DNA of 54,780 nt from a bacterium. Lineage in GTDB: Bacteria; Hinthialibacterota; Hinthialibacteria; Hinthialibacterales; Hinthialibacteraceae. Numbering within the stretch: position 1 is the stretch's first letter; each line of letters starts with the position of its first letter. Location: the NCBI GenBank assembly GCA_041946805.1, contig JBHGBC010000018.1, positions 1-54,780 of the forward strand. Direction: 5' to 3'. Under the pieces are notes generated by a model that was given only the letters and a program-made list of their open reading frames with translations, did not search any database and had not been told where the DNA came from. Position numbers and translations under genes: made by a program. Of the stretch, positions 50,747 to 54,780 are shown piece after piece.

Positions 50747-50896
50747 TCCCAGGGCTGAAGCCCAGGGCTAGTGCAAAAAAATCCAGATGGCTCAGCCATT
50801 TCGGGCAGGAAGCGCGCAGGCAGGATGCCTGCACAGGATGCCTGCACCACAAAGGGATTGCCCTCACCCGGGCCCTCTCCCAGAGGGAGTGGGGAA
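50747..50896 (+). repeat. Composite module B + GGCAGGATGCCTGCA hairpin + A (right copy)
   Basis: Colinear direct repeat of 49893-50045, with an internal 13-bp tandem duplication CAGGATGCCTGCA. Confidence 0.85.
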
Positions 50897-51086
50897 GAAT
50901 CTCGTGATTGTAGATTGTTCCAAGGGATGGGATTGGAGGGCTACGCTTCGCTTTGAGCCCACCTTACATCCCACGGCTTGCGAATCCATCCACAGCCGCC
51001 GCAAAAACAAACTCCGCCCGGCGGGGCGAACAAGTCCTCCCCGCCGGGCGGGAACATTTACATCGAAAAACTGAATACCCTCAAGC

Positions 51087-52163
51087 CTACCCGCGGGCGC
51101 CGATGACGGCCTTCAGTTCGTCCTTCATCGCGCCGGAGGCGTTTTCGAACAGGGTTTTCAAGGTGGCGTTCACTTGATCCCCCTTCATTTCCTTCAAGCA
51201 GTTCGCGGCGGTTTTGCGCACGATGTAGGACGGCTCGTAGGTCAGCCGGGAAGCGATTTTTTCCACCGCTCCGGCGTTGCCGATCTTGGACATGCCCACG
51301 ATGGCCGCGCAATGATAATGCTCCTCGATTTGTTCCGGTTGATCCGCTGTGAAGAAGAATCCATACAAGGCCGCCGCGGCTTCGAGGTTGCCGTTTTTAA
51401 CTTGGGCATCTGTGTAACGCAGCCAACTGTCCACGAAGGCGGCTTTCTGCCGCGGGCTGAGGGAGTCGAATTCCGGGACATCCGTTCCTTCGGGGACTTC
51501 CTTGCCGATACGGGCGAGGGCTTTCATGGCGTCGATGGCCAGATCCGTATCGGAACCGCCCATGATGGCGCACAGAGGCCCGACCGCCTCCTCGATCTTC
51601 CGGTGGCCCAGGGCGGCGATGATCCGGGGCTTGAAATCGCGCGGGGCCTGGGCCAAGGCGTCCACCAACGCTTTGGCGGATACGGAGCCGGGAATGCGTT
51701 CCAAGGCGTAGACCGCCTCCTCGCGCATTTCTTCTTTCTCGAGCCATGGGGCGATCACCGGGACCACATCGTCATCCCCGATCAGCGAGAAGGCGCGCAG
51801 GGCATAGACCCGCAGCGAATCGGGGCCGCCGTCCAGCAGTTTCTGGAGTTGTTGCGACACCGCTTTCCGTTTCGGATCGCCTTTGTCTTTCCCCACGGAG
51901 TGGACAATCTTGTTCAGGCATTCCTCCGCCGCCTTGGCCACCGCCGGATCCTCCGTGATGGCCAACTTACTCAACGGCCCGATGACCGAGGGATCCTGCT
52001 GACCGGCCACTTTCCAAGCGGCGAACTTGACATCGTTGCTGGGATTCTGGACGCGGGCCAGAAACTCCTCCTGGTTTTCCGCCGCCCGGCTTTCCGCGGC
52101 CGAGGCCAACACCGCCGCGGCGATGATCCCCCGGCCTGTCTGAGTTGATAATGATTTGGACAT
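51087..52163 (-). CDS. HEAT repeat protein, probably exported
   Basis: Repeats such as LRVYALRAFSLIG, MREEAVYALERI, IIAALGHR, AMKALARIG; SD AAGGGAG; hydrophobic N-terminus ending ESRA. Confidence 0.85.
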   Translation of the reverse strand: MSKSLSTQTGRGIIAAAVLASAAESRAAENQEEFLARVQNPSNDVKFAAWKVAGQQDPSVIGPLSKLAITEDPAVAKAAEECLNKIVHSVGKDKGDPKRKAVSQQLQKLLDGGPDSLRVYALRAFSLIGDDDVVPVIAPWLEKEEMREEAVYALERIPGSVSAKALVDALAQAPRDFKPRIIAALGHRKIEEAVGPLCAIMGGSDTDLAIDAMKALARIGKEVPEGTDVPEFDSLSPRQKAAFVDSWLRYTDAQVKNGNLEAAAALYGFFFTADQPEQIEEHYHCAAIVGMSKIGNAGAVEKIASRLTYEPSYIVRKTAANCLKEMKGDQVNATLKTLFENASGAMKDELKAVIGARG

Positions 52164-52202
52164 GCTCTCGAACTCCCTTCTTCCCAATTTGGAGAGAAAA
52201 CT

Positions 52203-53516
52203 TTAGAGATGAAACTCGCCCCGGCCGGGCCGGCTGAGCAAGCGGTTGGCTTCGTCGTCGTTCTTGACCATTTCGTTGACCGGATCCCACTCCAATTTCC
52301 GGCCCAGGATGTACGACAGGTTCCCCAGGACGCAGAGGGTGGCGACCTTGTATCCGGCCTGGATGTCCATGATGGGCTTTTCCCGGCTGCGGATACAGTC
52401 CTCGAAATTCTCGCGGTGGCCGGGGCTGCGAAAGACCTCGACGCCGTCCGCGGGCGGTTCGTATTTCTTGGCCTTTTCCTCGGTGTCGGTTTCGGCGGTG
52501 TCGCCGTAGGTGATGATCAGGTTGTCCTTGTCGCCGATGTAGCGCGCGCCATACGATTCGCGCGGCCACTTGAACTTGGGATCCTTGTATCCCTCGCCCG
52601 GTTGCGCCCAAACCAAGGTCCAGTCGGGATTTTTGAATTCATAGACGATGGTCAGGTTCTGGGGCACGTCGTAGAGTCCCTCAAATTGGGGATTGCCGTT
52701 GGTGGCCTCCACGCTTACCGGGCCGGTATCATCCGCGTCCATGCACCACAGGGCCACGCTCATGACGTGCGCGCCGCGGTCGCGGATCTGTCCCCCGCCG
52801 TAATCCAGCATCCAACGGAACGCGCCGTGCGTCCGCGTGGGATTGTAGGGAATCATGCGGTTGGGGCCGACCCAGCGGTCGTAGTCCAGGTTGGCGGGCG
52901 GCTGGCGGTTCGGCGTCCAATCCCCCTTGGGATTCTCGTAATGCCAGCAGGCCACCGTGCGGACGGTGCCGAGTTGCCCGTTTTTGATATACCGGTTGCC
53001 GTAATAAGCCCCATCCTGCGAGCGGCCCTGCGAACCGACCTGCACCACCCGGGCGTACCGCCGGGCGGCGCGCACCATGGCTTGGCCTTCCTCGATCGTG
53101 TTGCAGGCGGGCTTTTCGACGTACACATCCTTCCCCGCCTCGCAGGCGTGAATGGTCATCAACGCGTGCCAATGGTCCGGGGAGGTGACGAAGACCGCGT
53201 CGATGTCCTTTTGCTCCAGCAACTCGCGGTAATCCTTGTAGAGCCGCGGATTGCCGCCGACCCGTTCCGCCGCGTCCGCCAGGCGTTTCTCGTCCACATC
53301 GCACAGGGCGATGGAGGTACCGGGCCGCACAAAGCCCATCCCCCGGCCGCCCACGCCGATGTTGCCGAACCGCAATTGATCGCTGGGGGCCGGACGGTTG
53401 GGGGCCGCGAAAACCGTGTGCGGCACCAGGGTGATTCCCAGCAGGCTTCCCGCGGCCGCCCCGGCCGATCCCGCCAGAAACTGTCTCCGGGAAAATGATT
53501 TTCTCTTGTCCACCAT
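52203..53516 (-). CDS. Tat-exported Gfo/Idh/MocA family oxidoreductase
   Basis: SRRQFL signal; IGVGGRG, ALCDVD, SPDHWH, YVEKP, QVGSQGRS, DRGAH. Confidence 0.95.
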   Translation of the reverse strand: MVDKRKSFSRRQFLAGSAGAAAGSLLGITLVPHTVFAAPNRPAPSDQLRFGNIGVGGRGMGFVRPGTSIALCDVDEKRLADAAERVGGNPRLYKDYRELLEQKDIDAVFVTSPDHWHALMTIHACEAGKDVYVEKPACNTIEEGQAMVRAARRYARVVQVGSQGRSQDGAYYGNRYIKNGQLGTVRTVACWHYENPKGDWTPNRQPPANLDYDRWVGPNRMIPYNPTRTHGAFRWMLDYGGGQIRDRGAHVMSVALWCMDADDTGPVSVEATNGNPQFEGLYDVPQNLTIVYEFKNPDWTLVWAQPGEGYKDPKFKWPRESYGARYIGDKDNLIITYGDTAETDTEEKAKKYEPPADGVEVFRSPGHRENFEDCIRSREKPIMDIQAGYKVATLCVLGNLSYILGRKLEWDPVNEMVKNDDEANRLLSRPGRGEFHL

Positions 53517-53834
53517 CGTATTCTCCCATTTCCACCAAAATTCCCGCGAAGACCGGCCTTGATCCCGCAACCCTTCTCCGCGAGGGAAACGGGAGCGCCG
53601 GACCTGCCGGATCCCCCGTTCCGCGCCGGCGGGAAAGCATCCCGCTTCCACCGGCATACGGTATACTGCCATAATTATCGCGGACCTGTAAATGTCCCGG
53701 GAGGATTCAGGGAGAGGATTCGCGCCGGGTTTCATTCCTCCGCCGCCTTGACGAATCCAGAAGCGCCACGGGCATCCCGTCTGTGATGAACGGATCTCTC
53801 GCACCAATCGGATTTCATCCCCGCGGTTTTAACC

Positions 53835-54578
53835 ATGGAGACTCTGCGCCTGTTCGATTTACCCATCCGCGACGCCACGCTTCCGGAAGCGGTGGAATGG
53901 CTCGTCCACGCACCCGCCCCACCGCCGGGAAGGAAGGTCTATTTCGTCAACGCGCATGGCGTGAACATGATGCGGTCGAACCGGCAGTACCGCGAGGCGT
54001 TGCGGCGGGCCGACGGCCTCTTCGCGGACGGTACCGGCATGCGCTGGGCGGCGCGGGCGCTGGGCCGCCGGCTGCGGGACAATGTGAACGGGACCGACCT
54101 CTATCCCCTTCTCTGCCCGGCGCTGCAAAAACGCGGATGGCGGATCTTCCTCCTGGGGGCCCAACCGGGCATCGCGGAACAGATGCGTGAGCGGACCGTG
54201 GCGCAGTATCCAGGGCTGAACATTTGCGGAACACATCACGGGCATTTCCTTCCGGAAGAAAACGATCGGATCATTCATCTCATCCGGGAGTCGAAAACCG
54301 ATCTGTTGCTCGTGGCCATGGGGATTCCCAAGCAGGAACTCTGGCTGGACCGGCATTTGGAGGCCACCGGCGCGCGGGCGGGCCTGGGCGTGGGGGGATT
54401 GTTCAATTTCTATTCGGGGACCATCCCCCGCGCCCCGCTGTGGATGCGCCGCGCGGGCCTGGAGTGGCTGCACCGGTTGTATCAGGAACCCGGGAGGCTG
54501 TGGAAGCGCTATCTTATCGGCAACGGGCGTTTTTTGCGGCTGGTGGTCCAAGAGTGGATGAAACATTCTATCCGGTAA
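53835..54578 (+). CDS. WecB/TagA/CpsF family glycosyltransferase (GT26)
   Basis: FVNAH, ADGTG, NVNGTDL, FLLGA, HHGHF, VAMGIPKQE, GVGGLF, RAP, GLEW, QEPGRLWKRY. Confidence 0.96.
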   Translation: METLRLFDLPIRDATLPEAVEWLVHAPAPPPGRKVYFVNAHGVNMMRSNRQYREALRRADGLFADGTGMRWAARALGRRLRDNVNGTDLYPLLCPALQKRGWRIFLLGAQPGIAEQMRERTVAQYPGLNICGTHHGHFLPEENDRIIHLIRESKTDLLLVAMGIPKQELWLDRHLEATGARAGLGVGGLFNFYSGTIPRAPLWMRRAGLEWLHRLYQEPGRLWKRYLIGNGRFLRLVVQEWMKHSIR

Positions 54579-54720
54579 ATGCCTTGATGGTCCCCGCGGG
54601 ACGGCCGTGAGCCGGCGAAGTGGAAGAGGGCGTGTTTCGGATAGCGGGATTCACGAAGTCAGGTTCGTCCGGGAAGTGCATACCGGATGATGTAAAATCG
54701 ATTCCATTCACGCCGGGATG

Positions 54721-54780
54721 AGGGCGGACACCCAGGTCCGCCCCTACAAAAATTCCCTCACCCTGGCCCTCTCCCAGAGG
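54721..54780 (+). repeat. Family C (GGGCGGACACCCAGGTCCGCCCCTAC) plus family A, truncated by the window end
   Basis: TTCCCTCACCCTGGCCCTCTCCCAGAGG is identical to the first 28 nt of the copy at 136. Confidence 0.85.

Noticed and set aside
52164..52187. Upstream TTG start giving the HEAT protein a GRREF twin-arginine motif
   Set aside because: The same nucleotides form a well-spaced SD (AAGGGAG) for the ATG at 52163 and the h-region would be distant; probably coincidental

Overview
GC-rich bacterial chromosomal window with about 42 plausible CDSs. I see no rRNA, tRNA, CRISPR array, prophage or transposase. Recognisable housekeeping genes are comEC, an rlmD-like methyltransferase, moaD-moaE, moaC, gltB-gltD and serS. 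The rest includes many carbohydrate and envelope genes (GH127, clan-A glycoside hydrolases, GT2, WecB/TagA, a GT-C-like membrane protein, Tat-exported isomerase and oxidoreductase), a probable S-layer protein behind a near-consensus promoter, two small toxin-antitoxin-type pairs and an ECF sigma/anti-sigma locus. The two most striking non-coding signals are: (1) a complete sigma54-type regulatory layout (GG-N10-GC promoter, IHF-like site, cluster of upstream imperfect palindromes) in front of a divergent RpoD-family sigma factor, suggesting a sigma54-to-sigma70 cascade; and (2) several families of short palindromic repeats in many of the larger intergenic gaps, assembled into conserved 110-150 bp composite modules, including an inverted doublet and a direct-repeat pair that brackets a single gamma-carbonic-anhydrase gene. 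Smaller oddities include a MoaD with residues after its Gly-Gly, a GH5-like protein apparently lacking its acid/base Glu, and a Cys-rich stand-alone receiver. All product calls come from motif recognition by eye; no database search was run.
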